A stretch of DNA of 63,993 nucleotides, filler included, from Octopus bimaculoides (GCF_001194135.2; 5 parts of 4 records of this genome joined end to end with filler, not necessarily neighbours in it), one strand, 5' to 3'. Numbered from the whole stretch's first letter, positions 1 through 14,858 are shown. Translations and numbers: made by a program. The notes: generated by a model from the letters alone, not told the origin.

Positions 1-61
<61 letters not shown>

Positions 62-305
62 GAAAAAAGAAATTACTCCGGAAAAAGTAAAGGTTATGTA
101 ACGAACTTCATTAGCCATGTAAGCTTTGTTATATTAGCTATATTAGCTACACAACCTCTGTTTTGTTCCGATGTCGTCTTTTTTTCTGTCATCTCTTTTC
201 TCTTATCACTCTACGCACATCTAACATTGTGTTCTGAAGCACACATATATTGAGTTCTACACGTGGTCATTAATCTCACTTGGCCTACGCGAAATATTAC
301 AATAC

Positions 306-380
<75 letters not shown>

Positions 381-381
<1 letters not shown>

Positions 382-550
382 CGGACCACCTCTTAGCAAC
401 CGGTGTTGGTTTACATATGTCACCGTAAGTTTGCAGTTCTGCAAACCAGACCGATAGCGTAACTACCAAGCTTTTAAAAAAGGGATTATTTCAAAGCCGT
501 ACTCAGGAATAGCCTCAGTCCAATGAAAGTAACAATTAAAAGATAAAAGA
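381..550 (+). mobile_element. SINE family A 3' half, diverged
   Basis: CAACCGGTGTTGGTTTAC..GACCGATAG..AAAAGATAAAAGATA follows a (TG)n tract, as in other copies. Confidence 0.65.
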
Positions 551-2067
551 TAAATACCAATTGCAATTTCTACTAAAGCCATTCGAGCAAACGTAACTGT
601 CTCTAAATGGTCTCTAATTCTTCTTCGGGTCATGCCCTGCGTTCCTAGGCAAACTTGACAGGCATTGTTCGAAAACGAACTGACGTATTCATGCCTGGAA
701 TGACATCAATTATGCGTCAATCGACAAGAACGGAACTTACGAAAGATAACAGCGACTGAAATACCCTCTTTATTTTCGTATTTCGAAATTCAACATTCAA
801 ATTATCCATGAATAAAAGCAGGTTTGTTTAATGCTGCATGGATCTCAATGACCAGCAGTCAAATACCAATCATGGAGACATCTCCTGAACGAGCATATGT
901 ATACACACATCAAATATATGAAATCTCCACCTTAGAAAATCCATATTGTAATATTCCTTTTCTTTTAATAATTCTATCTTCTGATAATCGTTCCTAAAGC
1001 AACTATTTTGTAGATTATGTTGTCTTTAAATATACTATATTTGCGTATTATTATAGTTAAACGGCATCATCAAAGAAATATCTGCATGCTCTTTTCCAAA
1101 ACCTCGGTGTTTTATCTTTTTATTTATTTCGAATTGATCCAAAATTATCCTATTATTTTCTGCGCCATATTTTCTCTTCTTCATTACAATAGCTTCTCTG
1201 TTTCTTTCTGAAAAGGAAATGCTGTGAATAATTTCTATACGTATAAAAAGTAAGAATATTCATCCGAAACTATTTTCTGCATCACATTTTGTCTTAAACA
1301 ATGAATCGATAGCCTTGTATGGTTTCTAGTAAACATAACTCGTGCTAATCTATCACTCAGTAGTTCAGCCAATAACCTTGTAATCCATCAACACACGGAG
1401 TATTTCAAGTTGGTAAAGACAGTTTTGGTATATTCTTGCAAATGATCATTCGCTTTCCTTCTCTTATTACATGGTTTCGTCGTGAAGTAAAGATATCTAT
1501 CATCGATCCCGTTGGGTTTTGTCTTCGAAACTGATCGGTAGGAAGAAAACAAACGTTAATAGACATGATCTACTGCTCAGGTCTTCTAATTACAGGAACA
1601 TCTTAAAATACATATGTACGTTAGCGTGTGGGTATCTGTGTGCGCGTATGAATTCGCGAGCCTGTGTCTGTGAAAAATTATTACAATGTTAAGTTCTTTT
1701 GTGGAGTGTTAAAACGTTGTGAGTGCTGAGAAGTTATAACATTGCACTCTGACATACTGGCGCGTGTTAATATATATTCCCTGGTGTAGTCAGTTTTATA
1801 GATATATTTTTCTCTTCTTACTAACTATCGACATGTATTCATAGGAATACTAAATATCACTTATGAATGTGTGTTCGTGTGTACGTTTGTGTGAGTCTAC
1901 TTGAGACTGTCTGTGTATATGTATATATATTCATATATATACATATACAGCGACAGTCTCACACACATACACACACACACACGCACACATATATATACAC
2001 ATATATATATGTATATATATATATATGTACATACACATACATGCACACGTACGTATATATATATATG

Positions 2068-2098
<31 letters not shown>

Positions 2099-2894
2099 NN
2101 NNNNNNNNNNNNNNNNNNNNNNNNNNNNNNNNNNNNNNNNNNNNNNNNNNNNNNNNNNNNNNNNNNNNNNNNNNNNNNNNNNNNNNNNNNNNNNNNNNNN
2201 NNNNNNNNNNNNNNNNNNNNNNNNNNNNNNNNNNNNNNNNNNNNNNNNNNNNNNNNNNNNNNNNNNNNNNNNNNNNNNNNNNNNNNNNNNNNNNNNNNNN
2301 NNNNNNNNNNNNNNNNNNNNNNNNNNNNNNNNNNNNNNNNNNNNNNNNNNNNNNNNNNNNNNNNNNNNNNNNNNNNNNNNNNNNNNNNNNNNNNNNNNNN
2401 NNNNNNNNNNNNNNNNNNNNNNNNNNNNNNNNNNNNNNNNNNNNNNNNNNNNNNNNNNNNNNNNNNNNNNNNNNNNNNNNNNNNNNNNNNNNNNNNNNNN
2501 NNNNNNNNNNNNNNNNNNNNNNNNNNNNNNNNNNNNNNNNNNNNNNNNNNNNNNNNNNNNNNNNNNNNNNNNNNNNNNNNNNNNNNNNNNNNNNNNNNNN
2601 NNNNNNNNNNNNNNNNNNNNNNNNNNNNNNNNNNNNNNNNNNNNNNNNNNNNNNNNNNNNNNNNNNNNNNNNNNNNNNNNNNNNNNNNNNNNNNNNNNNN
2701 NNNNNNNNNNNNNNNNNNNNNNNNNNNNNNNNNNNNNNNNNNNNNNNNNNNNNNNNNNNNNNNNNNNNNNNNNNNNNNNNNNNNNNNNNNNNNNNNNNNN
2801 NNNNNNNNNNNNNNNNNNNNNNNNNNNNNNNNNNNNNNNNNNGGGGGGGGGGGGGAAATTACACATTCAAGGTGTTTAAATTCAAATAACATTG

Positions 2895-3118
2895 TCAACA
2901 TCATTATCGTCGTCGTCATCGTCGTCGTCGTCATCACCGTCGTCGTCATCACCGTCGTCGTTATCACCGTCGTCGTCATCACCGTCGTCATCGTCATCGT
3001 CGTCGTCGTCATCATCATCATCATCATCGAAATCACCTTTCTTATCTATCATTATACGCTTTAGAACCAAAGAACTACACCGTCACCATCAAGATGAATA
3101 TCATGATCACAATCATAG

Positions 3119-3155
<37 letters not shown>

Positions 3156-3157
3156 AG

Positions 3158-3205
<48 letters not shown>

Positions 3206-3270
3206 CCGCCATCATTATCATTATCATCGCATCATTATTATCGTTATCAACATCATCGTCGATATGGTCA
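2895..3270. repeat. Compound trinucleotide microsatellite (CGT/CAC/CAT)n
   Basis: Explains the poly-D, poly-S, poly-H and poly-T ORFs in the track. Confidence 0.95.
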
Positions 3271-5126
3271 TCAAATGAATATCCTTATATGTATTCTAAA
3301 TAGCTTTCGTTGACTGTAGCATTGGGGTTCACAAATTTTCAAGAAGTGATTAACGCAATAAATGGTGATCCCATATAAATATACACACAAGATGACGGCC
3401 ACAGAAAAATCTACAGTGAAATCCGACGTTCTGAGTCTAAAATATCACTAATTAAAGAAGTTTAGCACAGGGAATACCAGATGACGAGGTAGTAAGTCGT
3501 GCATGCCTATGTCATCGATTTTAGATGGCATGATTTCAGCTTTGAGGTGCTGAAGAGCTTGATGTATCAGACAATAAGAGTGAAAGGATGTAAACAGTGC
3601 ATCTATCTGTTCGAAACTGAAATTGCTTTCTTAACGAATTAAGGCAGATCTGAAAGGTGGCTTCTTTAGGATTGTGGTATAGAATCTTTACTCTAGCACG
3701 CCTGCGTGTGTATGTGTGCGACGCGCGATGTGTATGAAGAAACGTCATATGAAGAAAACACCGTGTTTATCAACGAAATTCAAAAAGAAGCAGATGATAA
3801 AGTGTCAGAGATTTAATAAAAATATATCACATCGTAAAAAGCTACGATGAGAATATTACGAGAGTGTAATTTAGTTAGGTTTGTCTGCTACGTTTGTGAG
3901 ATATTTTATAGGAGTACGCTTCTTATTTCGCGCAGGCTAGCGATCATATATAAGATTATGCACACATGCACACACACACGCACACACACGCACACATACG
4001 TATATATGTGTGTATGTATATATGTGTGTATGTGTATATGTGTGTATGTGTATATGTGTGTATGTGTATATGTGTGTATGTATATATGTGTGTATGTACT
4101 AAAAACAATTGAGAAGGAAATTAGAACTAATTGATTTAATTTTCCCTATAAATTATCCTTATTTAGTCAAATAAACTTTATCGAAGCCGTTTTGTTTTCA
4201 ACTTGTCTTCACAGAATTCGGACTTTACTGATTTATTGTTCGTATCTTATATGCCCCTTATCCCGATTCTGCCATCAGGTTGCGAAACTATTTTGCAAGG
4301 GGATATAAATAAAACATATTCAATTGCTAGTTGTATTCAGAGAGAACATAAAAATTATACCACCAGAAAACAATACAAAACCATTATTGCCTCCATTGCT
4401 ACCGTCAGTGATGTCCTCTGCAATATCTTCATCGACTTCGTCCTCCTGGTCATCTTCTTACTCCCACTGCTGCTGCTCCTCTCCCTGATAGTCCTCCTGC
4501 TTGTCTTCTCCTTCCTCCTCCTGTTCCTGTTCCCCTCCTCATCCTCCCTCCCCTTCCTCATCATCATTATTATACTTTATGGAAAAAGTTACATGCCTGC
4601 GTCATAGCGAATGTATGTGTGAAAGATAATGTGCGTAAGCGCTTTTTCTGACTGTTCGAGAATTCTGTGTGCGTCTGTTATCTCCGCACGCATACAAAAA
4701 AATAACACATGCATGTGTGCATATATATGCCTCCACAAACATACGTACACACGCACAGGCACACAGGCAAACACAAACAAACAAACCAACAAACAAACAA
4801 ATATATGCGAGTGAATGTGTGAGTATGTGTGTGAGCATACTCACTTAAACCGTAATGCAAGGGTAACATTTAATGTAGCTTTCTTTCTATCCCGATATAA
4901 TTTAGCTTTTACAGAGTGTATCAAAGCGTTTTAGTAATGTCACATTTAATGGTTTTGTAGTAAAAACTGTAGACATCAAGGTGTATGCGTGTATTCTCTA
5001 AAGATTCACATACGCATACACATGCACATAGCCTTATGGTGCATAATACATAACAATACTGCCTGCATTGAAATAGTCTGTATGTTCATTTCAGCACTCA
5101 TGAACACTTTATATGTGTGCATCTGA

Positions 5127-5160
<34 letters not shown>

Positions 5161-5672
5161 ATTTAGCATGTTTTTTGAAAGTATACCTACACAGTCAGGC
5201 TCAAATACGCACACACACTTACAAATACACACACATATATATATTTTTTTACACAGACACACACGCTAGCGCACACATACATATTTATACGTAGACACAC
5301 ACACAAACACATATATGTGTGTGTACACAGAAAACTGGTATATAAAATCTGTCAGAACTCGTACACGAATTGGACGTTAAGACAGTCAATAGAAATGGAG
5401 GCAACACGAAAGCAAAAAATGTTAAACAACAGCAACACACAAAGCCTAATTCCGTCAATTTCATATACGTCTACAAGATTCTTTAATTCTTGATGGATTT
5501 TATGGAGAATGACAAATTAGGTCAATAGTTCTAAGGCATGATGAATTGGTGAGGAAGAAGAGGTAAGTAAGTATGAGATGGATAACCATAGCGATTAGTC
5601 TCTAATAAGGTGAGCCAGTAAGAGAGGTTATATTACTTATGGCCATCCCCATCCACACAATCACACATATAG

Positions 5673-5715
<43 letters not shown>

Positions 5716-5931
5716 CCATCACACATGCTCTACTATAAAGATGTATTACACTCACACACAAGCGTACACGCATACATATACATCTATGCGCCTGTCTTTA
5801 TGTATGCATGTATGAATGTGCTTTTTAAAAACGGCTAAAAGATATGTGTTCATTACATTTTCTCGAACGCATATATTTATATGTGTATGTGTGAGCATAT
5901 GTGTATGTACATACATACACACAAATATATG

Positions 5932-5981
<50 letters not shown>

Positions 5982-6174
5982 TACACATGCATACACAAAT
6001 ACATACAAACACACACACTCAGAAACATATATGCATATATATATATATACTTATAAATATAAACATACACACACATATATATACGCCCACAGAACGCGAC
6101 AGGAAGAGAAAGAGTAAAACAGAGACAGACAGTCAGACAAATAGATTGATAGATATATATATAGATAGATATAT

Positions 6175-6219
<45 letters not shown>

Positions 6220-6229
6220 NNNNNNNNNN

Positions 6230-6281
<52 letters not shown>

Positions 6282-6803
6282 GGTGACAGACAAATAAAAA
6301 TTCGGTAGAGGTGGTATTTTGTTACATAATTTATACATTTATTCGATCAATCAAATAGGAAATATAATGAAATAATCTGTTATCGAAAGTGTTCTAATCC
6401 CTTCAGTATTTTATTCACGAAGGCAAAACAAAACACATGAGTCGCATTTAATTAATGGTAACTCTCAAAGGAAAACGAACACTTTTTCACGTGGGAAATT
6501 TCTTCGAATTGATCTCACAATACTTGTTGAATTAAACTCTGAAAAATAGCCAAAGTTTGCACGAAATACTGATTACGAAAATTAATTTTCGGAAATAACA
6601 TTTACTTCTTTTCATGATAAGAGGTTGAAATAAATACCTTGGCTCCGCTTATGCTAGGTTATTCCCCCATCTCAAAAAAAATAAAACGGCACAGTTAATG
6701 TTAATGTGTGATATTTTCACTGGTTTTTATGTGTCGTGTATATTATTCAGTAAATCAGCTGTGAGCTTCAATAAGTCCGCAGTCCATTGTCTTTTGTAGT
6801 ATG

Positions 6804-6907
6804 TATAAGGTGCACGATTTGCAGTTTTTTATACACAAGGCGTAAACGAGGTGTCTTCATCTCGTCTACGTCTGATGTATAAGAAACTGCAAATCGTCCA
6901 CCTTATA
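6804..6907. repeat. 104-nt palindrome (47-bp inverted repeat, 10-nt spacer)
   Basis: Arms 6804-6850 and 6861-6907 match at 41/47 as reverse complements. Two of the six differences are G-U wobbles on the + strand. Confidence 0.93.
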
Positions 6908-8689
6908 TCGTCAAGAGTCGGCCATGTAGAAACAACAACTTGGGCTTTTTGGTCATTCATAGATACCTATGTCTAATATTGTGGTTCAAAGCCTTTATCG
7001 TAGTTGCCTTACAATCAATTTTATCATGTGTTGTTTCTCATTCCGGTTTAAAATCGTTACAAATTTCGTCATTTTATTTCATTGAGTCAACTCGATGTGT
7101 ATTTTCATTGTGTTTTCAACCAATTATATGGTTGTTCACTAAACAAAATTTTTGGCTAACACTTTTCACTCTAATTGCACCTAGTCAAGTTTTTGCAATA
7201 CATTCATTTTGAATATTTTCCCCAGATTTTATAAACTTGTTTGTAGCGATCTAGTTATAATTCTACTTTCCCCATAAAACCACAAGTGAACTTAAAATAA
7301 TTTTGTTAGACCCAGCATAGAAATATGAACACAGAATCTCAGAAGAGTATCGAGCCAGATATTTGTCTTTACCAAGATGAGCGTGCTTAACATTACTCTA
7401 AATATTATTATGATAAAGATCATTTCAATCATAAACCCGTGTAGAATTTCAGGTTGAAAAATATGTTGGACTATAAATAGATAATTAAAAATAATGAAGT
7501 TATCTTTCTAGGGGATTGGATAAAATTTAATTATTGCCCCGATTTATTATTTGTTTATTTTGATATTGAATTTACAGTCAACAAATTTCTATTAAGGCAT
7601 TAATTTATTTAAGTTCATTAAATTCGGATTACTAGAGTAAATTTAATTACAAATTGTTATTTTTCATCACTTCTAATGCAATTGATTTCATGTTTCTCAT
7701 GCACAATAATAATTCTAGACTATACAAATTTTACATGTATTTATTGAAACATTTTACAATCCTTTATATATTATTTCCTCCGTTTATATCAGCTATATTT
7801 TTGCCAATTTTAGCGTTATCTTATAATCATTTATATTCCACTTTATATTACAATACATTGTCTTTTACACACATTCGTCTAATTTGACACCATATGCTTC
7901 TTTGTACTATTTTGACCAAATTACCCTATGTAGTAACACAGTTTAAGAAAATATATCTTATTGATTGATATGACACGAAAGAGTTTAAGTTATGAAAGTC
8001 TATATATATATATATATATATTTTTACATTATGTCACTGTTTCAACAGATAGCAAAATGCAGTAGATAACATGATGAAGTTTACACGAATAAATATTAAC
8101 GATACAAAACAATAACAAAGAAAAACTATTTTTATATCTAATTCAAACTTGCACTGTTTTTATATCACTTCTATGTGTTACTTTAATCTACATTAATATT
8201 ACTCGATTATTTACATTCAGCATATATTCCGATGCATTCATTTTCACACATTTTCTTATTATTTCCTATGAGAACTCCTGTATGTTATATTTGATTAAAT
8301 AATTCCTTACTTCCCTCATGCATCATTCCGCTCTTTGTAGCAAAATGTATTAAACACATTTTCACGTTATTCCCTTGAAGCCATCCTACAAACGATAGTA
8401 TTTTGCATAAGTTTTGTAGTAAATTCTTTCAAATCAAAATCTTATTAAAGATTCCTAGTTAATAGATTATAACTATTTTTGGCAATAACAATATTCTGAA
8501 TATGTTCCAAGATATCATACTTTAAAATATCCGCACTTGGAACGATTTCCACAGGTCATATTAATACACATCCATAAGCACATATAAAGATACTCATACA
8601 TCACAGTATCGACCAGACCACTGAATGTGTTATATGTTGCTGGTTGCAATATGCTTCACATTCTTTTACATTTTCAATGCTGTCACCCT

Positions 8690-8893
8690 GCAGAATAGAC
8701 GTGCAGGACAAAAATTCCCCGATTGGCACACAAGTCTGATGCTGAATTACCCATTCACAGCTGAATGGAATGGAACAGCGTGAAATAAAATGTTTGGCTC
8801 AAGAACACAAAGTAAGTACTGTCGGTCTGTGAGTTGAAACCGCCATCTCCGAATCGTGAGTGCAACACAGCAATGACTCGGCCACGCGCATTC
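8690..8893 (-). mobile_element. Diverged tRNA-head SINE
   Basis: GTGTTCTTGAGCCAAACATTTTATTTCACGCTGTTCC central motif plus a degenerate tRNA head. Confidence 0.65.
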
Positions 8894-9893
8894 ACACAAA
8901 CATACACACATATACATACATACATACATGCATACATACATACACGCATGCGTACGTACATACATGCATATATATACACGCATGCATACGTACATACATA
9001 CATGCATACATAAATAAATACATAAATACATACATACATACATACATACATACATACATACGTGCACATATGCTTTTGTAATTTCTAAAGAAAATATTAG
9101 CTGTTTTTTGCCATAAGAACGGTTATAAAACTTAAAACCTTCATGTGGTTTAATTTTAGCTAACATATGTTAAAAACTTTGAAAAAACACACCGATTATT
9201 CAGTTATAATATTTGAAAGGAAACAAAGTGAAAATTTTATGACATTAATGTTTGAATTTTTTATGACCTTCACACGATAATTAAAATTCTTCAGATGAAA
9301 TTTCATGATTCATCATTAATTCTCTTGTGGAAAATTTAGTCTTTTCTTTTCTCCAAAATAAAGTGGAGGCCGTATTTTCAAATTTCGAAGCTTCATTTCT
9401 TTATTTGAAAATGGGAGACTTGCAAGCACGCCGAAAAAAAAATGCTTTGCCGCATTTCTTCTGGCTTTGCGCACTGTCTTCAAATTAGACTTAGGGTGAG
9501 TTTGTGTTTAAACCTATCTGGGTAGATAAAATAAGTACTAGTTGAGCCCTGGCGTTCGTATAGTTGACACGCACTTTCCCCCAAAGTTTATGCCTATTGT
9601 AAAAGGATTGATAATTCTAGTTCACACATTCAATAAGCCCGTTCCATCTTAAATTATTTTAACTGATTCTATGTTACATGTTTATGCATTACCAAAGTCT
9701 GAAGTACAATTTTTGGCAATCATTTTCAGTTTATCAGCTCGCAAAAAATATATATATTTCACGACGTTACGTATTGAAGTATTTACTTCGTTATTCATTT
9801 AATTTATTTTTTGTTTGCCGGTTTTCATATGAAGATAAGAACATCTATACTAATCTATATGCGCGTTAATGTGTGCGTTCATGTATATGTGTG

Positions 9894-9970
<77 letters not shown>

Positions 9971-11145
9971 ATAGGCATATCATATCTGTATGCTTGCTGC
10001 ACACATGTATTTATAGGTGAATATGTTTATGAGAAAATCTTTGAGAACAACTCAGATTAAACAAGAACTATAAAGTGTATTTTACATCGACGCATAACTC
10101 TAGGGCATAGTAACATCTGCTTATCCTTTCACATTTTCCCTAAGTTAGCTTTAAATCGATAGAAACAACACGTACAACTGAATAAAACACTAGGAAAATA
10201 TTACAGCTTCAGCTTTATTCATTCATTTATATCTTTACCAATATGTATGCAATGATTTAACTTTGAAATTTTTTCGGAACAAATAACTTAACCAAGAAAT
10301 CTAGAAATGTACTTATTTTGGTGTTGATTTTTATTTCTCGCCACTGCTATTAATTTATGCGTGAGCGTGTCTATTTATACATATATATGCAAACATAGGT
10401 GTGCGTGCGCCCGCTTGTGTGTAAGCATTTAGACACTTAATTACAATAGGTTCCCTTATTAGCTATAACTGTCAAGGAAAAGTACAGGTATAATTCAATA
10501 TAATTTATAGACAGGCCGAAGAGCAGAAAATGCTGTCTAATATTTAAAATGTAAAAATGTCTGCCATCTAACGTATCACACTTTCGATAAACAAATCCAG
10601 AAGAGTTTGCAATTCTTCAATCGGAAGCAGTTCGTGACCTGAGAATTATGATGTCTAACGACGCATTCATTCCTGCTGGCAACGATGTTCGCACAACTTT
10701 AGTAAAGAAAAAAAACCAAAAAGACAATTAAACAATAGGACAGTAATGTAGATTTTTTTTCTCCAAGCTATATTCTTGTGGTGTCAATATCAGAACTGAA
10801 CAGAGAATAATTTATCGGCCTTGTGTAATAAAAATTTCATTTGTTCAGCAGTACAACTTCTGAGAGAAATTAAATAATTTGTAACTAGTCTCTAAAGCAA
10901 GGAGTAGGAAGTGGAATTACTGGGTGGATAGCAAATTATACCGTTTAAAATGCAACTTTTGGGTGGAACTAAACACAATATTAGAGGAAAATCCATGATG
11001 CCACATCTCTTTACTCAAACCACGCCAGCATAATGGATTTTCATTAAATAGTTTAGGTTAACAATTTAGAGATATTACTAAAATATTCTCACAATACGTA
11101 TATCAACGCACTAGCAGGAGATTCAGGGATAATTACTGTACACGT

Positions 11146-11177
<32 letters not shown>

Positions 11178-11958
11178 CATGTGTGTATGTATATATACAT
11201 ATACGTAAATGGGAATTTCTGTCTGTCTATCACCANNNNNNNNNNATCTGAACATGGTGTCACAAATATTGAGAAACAAATGCGTGCGCTGAAGCAAGCA
11301 TATATATGTATATATACACACGCATGCTTGCTCAACACACGCACATAAATATGCACACATAGATCCACTTCTCCAGAAAAAACTCAAGAGAAATTCATTT
11401 TTAACATAGCTCATAAAATAGACTGGAATTACCATTTCAGTTTTGTGATCCTTGGTTTAAATCGTACTGATTTATGATAGCGTATAGAAAAACTGACCAT
11501 TTCGCCGACTTGAGAAAAAGATCCTATGCAATGAAAATTTTGAAAAGACGAGCAGTAAAGACGACTAGTTAAAATATAATAAAACTTGCAAGAAACTTTC
11601 GCTACTATATCTTTGTTAAGATATATTAACAACCCTAGTTGGTTGTTGAACTACTCGATAGACAGCTATCCGTATAAATCTTTAAAGTATTGTCGATTTT
11701 CATGAGACCGTGCTGCTAGCTAATGATATTAAGACTAGGAATATTGTAAATTTCATACAGTCACTCTATAGCAACGAACCTACCAGTGCCACCACTGTAT
11801 AATAAATTAAAAAGCATAGAATTCCATGAAGCAAAATTGAGGAATCGATTTCAATAACTCATGCTCACTGAAAAAAACTTGTTGCATGTATAAAGAAACA
11901 CTCCTGCAAACACTCACACACATCAGTGTATAAATGTGTGTGTATGTATAATGTGTGT

Positions 11959-12002
<44 letters not shown>

Positions 12003-13035
12003 CTTTTACTGGTTTCAGTCAGTGGGCTGCGGCCATTCTGGCTCACCGCTTTGGAAGGCTCAGTCGAACAAATATATATATATATATATATNNNNNNNNN
12101 NNNNNNNNNNNNNNNNNNNNNNNNNNNNNNNNNNNNNNNNNNNNNNNNNNNNNNNNNNNNNNNNNNNNNNNNNNNNNNNNNNNNNNNNNNNNNNNNNNNN
12201 NNNNNNNNNNNNNNNNNNNNNNNNNNNNNNNNNNNNNNNNNNTATATATATGTATGCATATATATACATATATCTGCATGTATATCTATACAGATATATG
12301 TAAATATATATATATATATGTATATATGCATATCTGCCTATATGGATCTATGTATATACATATGCATCGATCTCTCTCCCCTCACTCTCTTTCTCTCTCT
12401 CTCTCTCCCCTCTCTCTCTTTCTCTCTCTCCCCTCTCTCTCTTTCTCTCTCCCTCTCTCTCTCTCTATTTATTATCTATCTAACATTTGTGTAAAATTAG
12501 CGTATGTCACGGATATTCTTTATATTCAATGTTATATTTTATGTCAGATAATCTAAGAATTTTATTTTTAATAAATCAATAATAAGGAAAATACACGCAT
12601 ACATATATCTGAAATTATGACACGACTATGAAAAATTGAGTTAAGATTCTTTTTTACAACTTTGTAGTTTCTAATAAATTTGCAGCTGTTTGCCATACAC
12701 AAATTCTTCCTAGAATATGTTAAAATATCATATAAAGTCTGTCGGTCAACAGATTTGTATTTTTAGTTATGTAGGTGCTCATTATTTTTTGTTTTTTACC
12801 GATATTTTACGTTTTTTGTTATTGTATGTATCTTTGATGAATGTCTGCTTGAGTGTATGCTAAAATAGAATATACATACAGAAGCACACGCACAGGTAAC
12901 CATATGTATGAGTGTGCGTGTTTTTTACGTCTACACATCATTGTGCATATGAATATGTATATTCCAGTATTTCTATATTTACGTGATTACTCATACAAAA
13001 CTCCATACATACATACATACATACATACATACATA

Positions 13036-13796
13036 CATGGTGCGGTGAATAAACTGTCGTCTAAATTACGCAAAAATGAAAATAAAAGTAAATTTATTCA
13101 ATAAAATCCCAATTGGCTTCAACGACGGCCGCCAGACGACTTCAGAAAATCCTGCAACTTTTCTGGACGGTCACCTTTTTAAGTTGGTGAAAGCTGCCGT
13201 AATCCTTGTCTTCAATTCATCTTTGATTTTACATAGCCAGATAGATAGCCAGATGTTAGTGCTGATGTGGTCGCAGAAATTGTCTGACAGCCATGACTGG
13301 GTTCTCCTGCTTGTATGGCATAGTGTAGAGTCCTGCTGCCAGACATAGGATCTTCCAGCAGCCACCCTCTTCACCCAGGGCAGCATTACCTCTTCCAGGC
13401 ACTTGATGTAGGCCTCCGTGTTGAGTCTGAGGCCGTGTGGGAAGTGAATGGAGGCATAAGGTCATCATCATTAGTGACTACTCCAAACACCATGATGTTG
13501 ACTGGATGTTTCATTTTTATCACTCTCGGTACATGTCCTCAGATTACACTGTCCTCAGACTTACACCCAAACACTCCGAAATGTTCGTATTCGAGCTTCC
13601 GGTGCGAATGCCAAGCAGGACAGCATGTCGTTTCCAAATTTGTGGCAGAATGAGATGCATCACGGTGCTGTTTTTTCTTACAGATACTGCCCAACTGAGC
13701 CTACTATAATGTGTAGTCGACAAAATCAAAAACAAACAATATGCATGTGCAAAATTAAAAATGTAATATAGGGACAATTTACCTAATCGCACCTTG
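13036..13796 (-). mobile_element. Internally deleted Tc1/mariner element (DD37D/maT-like transposase remnant)
   Basis: Imperfect TIRs CATGGTGCGGTGAATAAACTGTC and CAAGGTGCGATTAGGTAAATTGTC (reverse complement), each flanked by TA. Minus strand reads KHPVNIMVFGVV..NTEAYIKCLEEVMLPWVKRVAAGRSYVWQQDSTLCHTSRRTQSWLSDNFCDHI. Subfamily assignment is tentative. Confidence 0.85.
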
Positions 13797-13822
13797 TATA
13801 TGTGTGTGTCTGTACATGTATG

Positions 13823-13855
<33 letters not shown>

Positions 13856-14204
13856 NNNNNNNNNNNNNNNNNNNNNNNNNNNNNNNNNNNNNNNNNNNNN
13901 NNNNNNNNNNNNNNNNNNNNNNNNNNNNNNNNNNNNNNNNNNNNNNNNNNNNNNNNNNNNNNNNNNNNNNNNNNNNNNNNNNNNNNNNNNNNNNNNNNNN
14001 NNNNNNNNNNNNNNNNNNNNNNNNNNNNNNNNNNNNNNNNNNNNNNNNNNNNNNNNNNNNNNNNNNNNNNNNNNNNNNNNNNNNNNNNNNNNNNNNNNNN
14101 NNNNNNNNNNNNNNNNNNNNNNNNNNNNNNNNNNNNNNNNNNNNNNNNNNNNNNNNNNNNNNNNNNNNNNNNNNNNNNNNNNNNNNNNNNNNNNNNNNNN
14201 NNNN

Positions 14205-14248
<44 letters not shown>

Positions 14249-14559
14249 CATATGCATGTAAGTGTGTGTACTTAAATGTGAGCCAGTGTATGTAAGTATA
14301 TGAATGTGTGCATGAGTGTGTATGTGTGTATGCGTGTGTGCGTATGTGTGTGTATGCACCTGTGTGTATGTGTATGCGTGTGTGTGCATTAAATCTAATG
14401 AACGGATGTCTTCTGTGTAGGTATACAGATTTGCCGAGAAATCTTTCCTTTAGGCGATATGCAATTACTTTTCGAGCTAACTTTAGAGCGGCTGAGCAGA
14501 AACGAATTTTTAGATTCTCGATTAGTGTCTCTGAACGCATCACATGAATATATCTAATA

Positions 14560-14596
<37 letters not shown>

Positions 14597-14658
14597 CATA
14601 CATACATACGTACGCACATACATACATACATACATACATACATACATACACACATACA

Positions 14659-14758
14659 NNNNNNNNNNNNNNNNNNNNNNNNNNNNNNNNNNNNNNNNNN
14701 NNTTAATTAATTAANNNNNNNNNNNNNNNNNNNNNNNNNNNNNNNNNNNNNNNNNNNN
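14659..14758. other. Artificial scaffold join (N44-TTAATTAATTAA-N44)
   Basis: Exactly 44 N, a 12-mer at 14703-14714 with stops in all six frames, then 44 N. The same 100-bp block occurs four times. Confidence 0.95.
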
Positions 14759-14834
<76 letters not shown>

Positions 14835-14858
14835 GTTATTATTATTATCATTATTATT
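14759..14858. repeat. (TAA)n microsatellite
   Basis: Direct reading; abuts the LINE 3'UTR. Confidence 0.95.

Noticed and set aside
1867-3303. Long ORFs (284-387 aa) and poly-D/H/S/T peptides
   Set aside because: They run through a ~740-N gap and di- or trinucleotide microsatellites. The same applies to ORFs at 11.8-12.6, 13.5-14.7, 22.0-22.9, 38.2-38.7 and 42.1-43.0 kb.
10590-10675. CR1-like peptide LQSEAVRDLRIMMSND
   Set aside because: Too short to call with confidence.
14703-14714. TTAATTAATTAA palindrome recurring four times
   Set aside because: Always centred in exactly 88 Ns, so it is an assembly spacer and not biological. Adjacency across these joins should not be interpreted.
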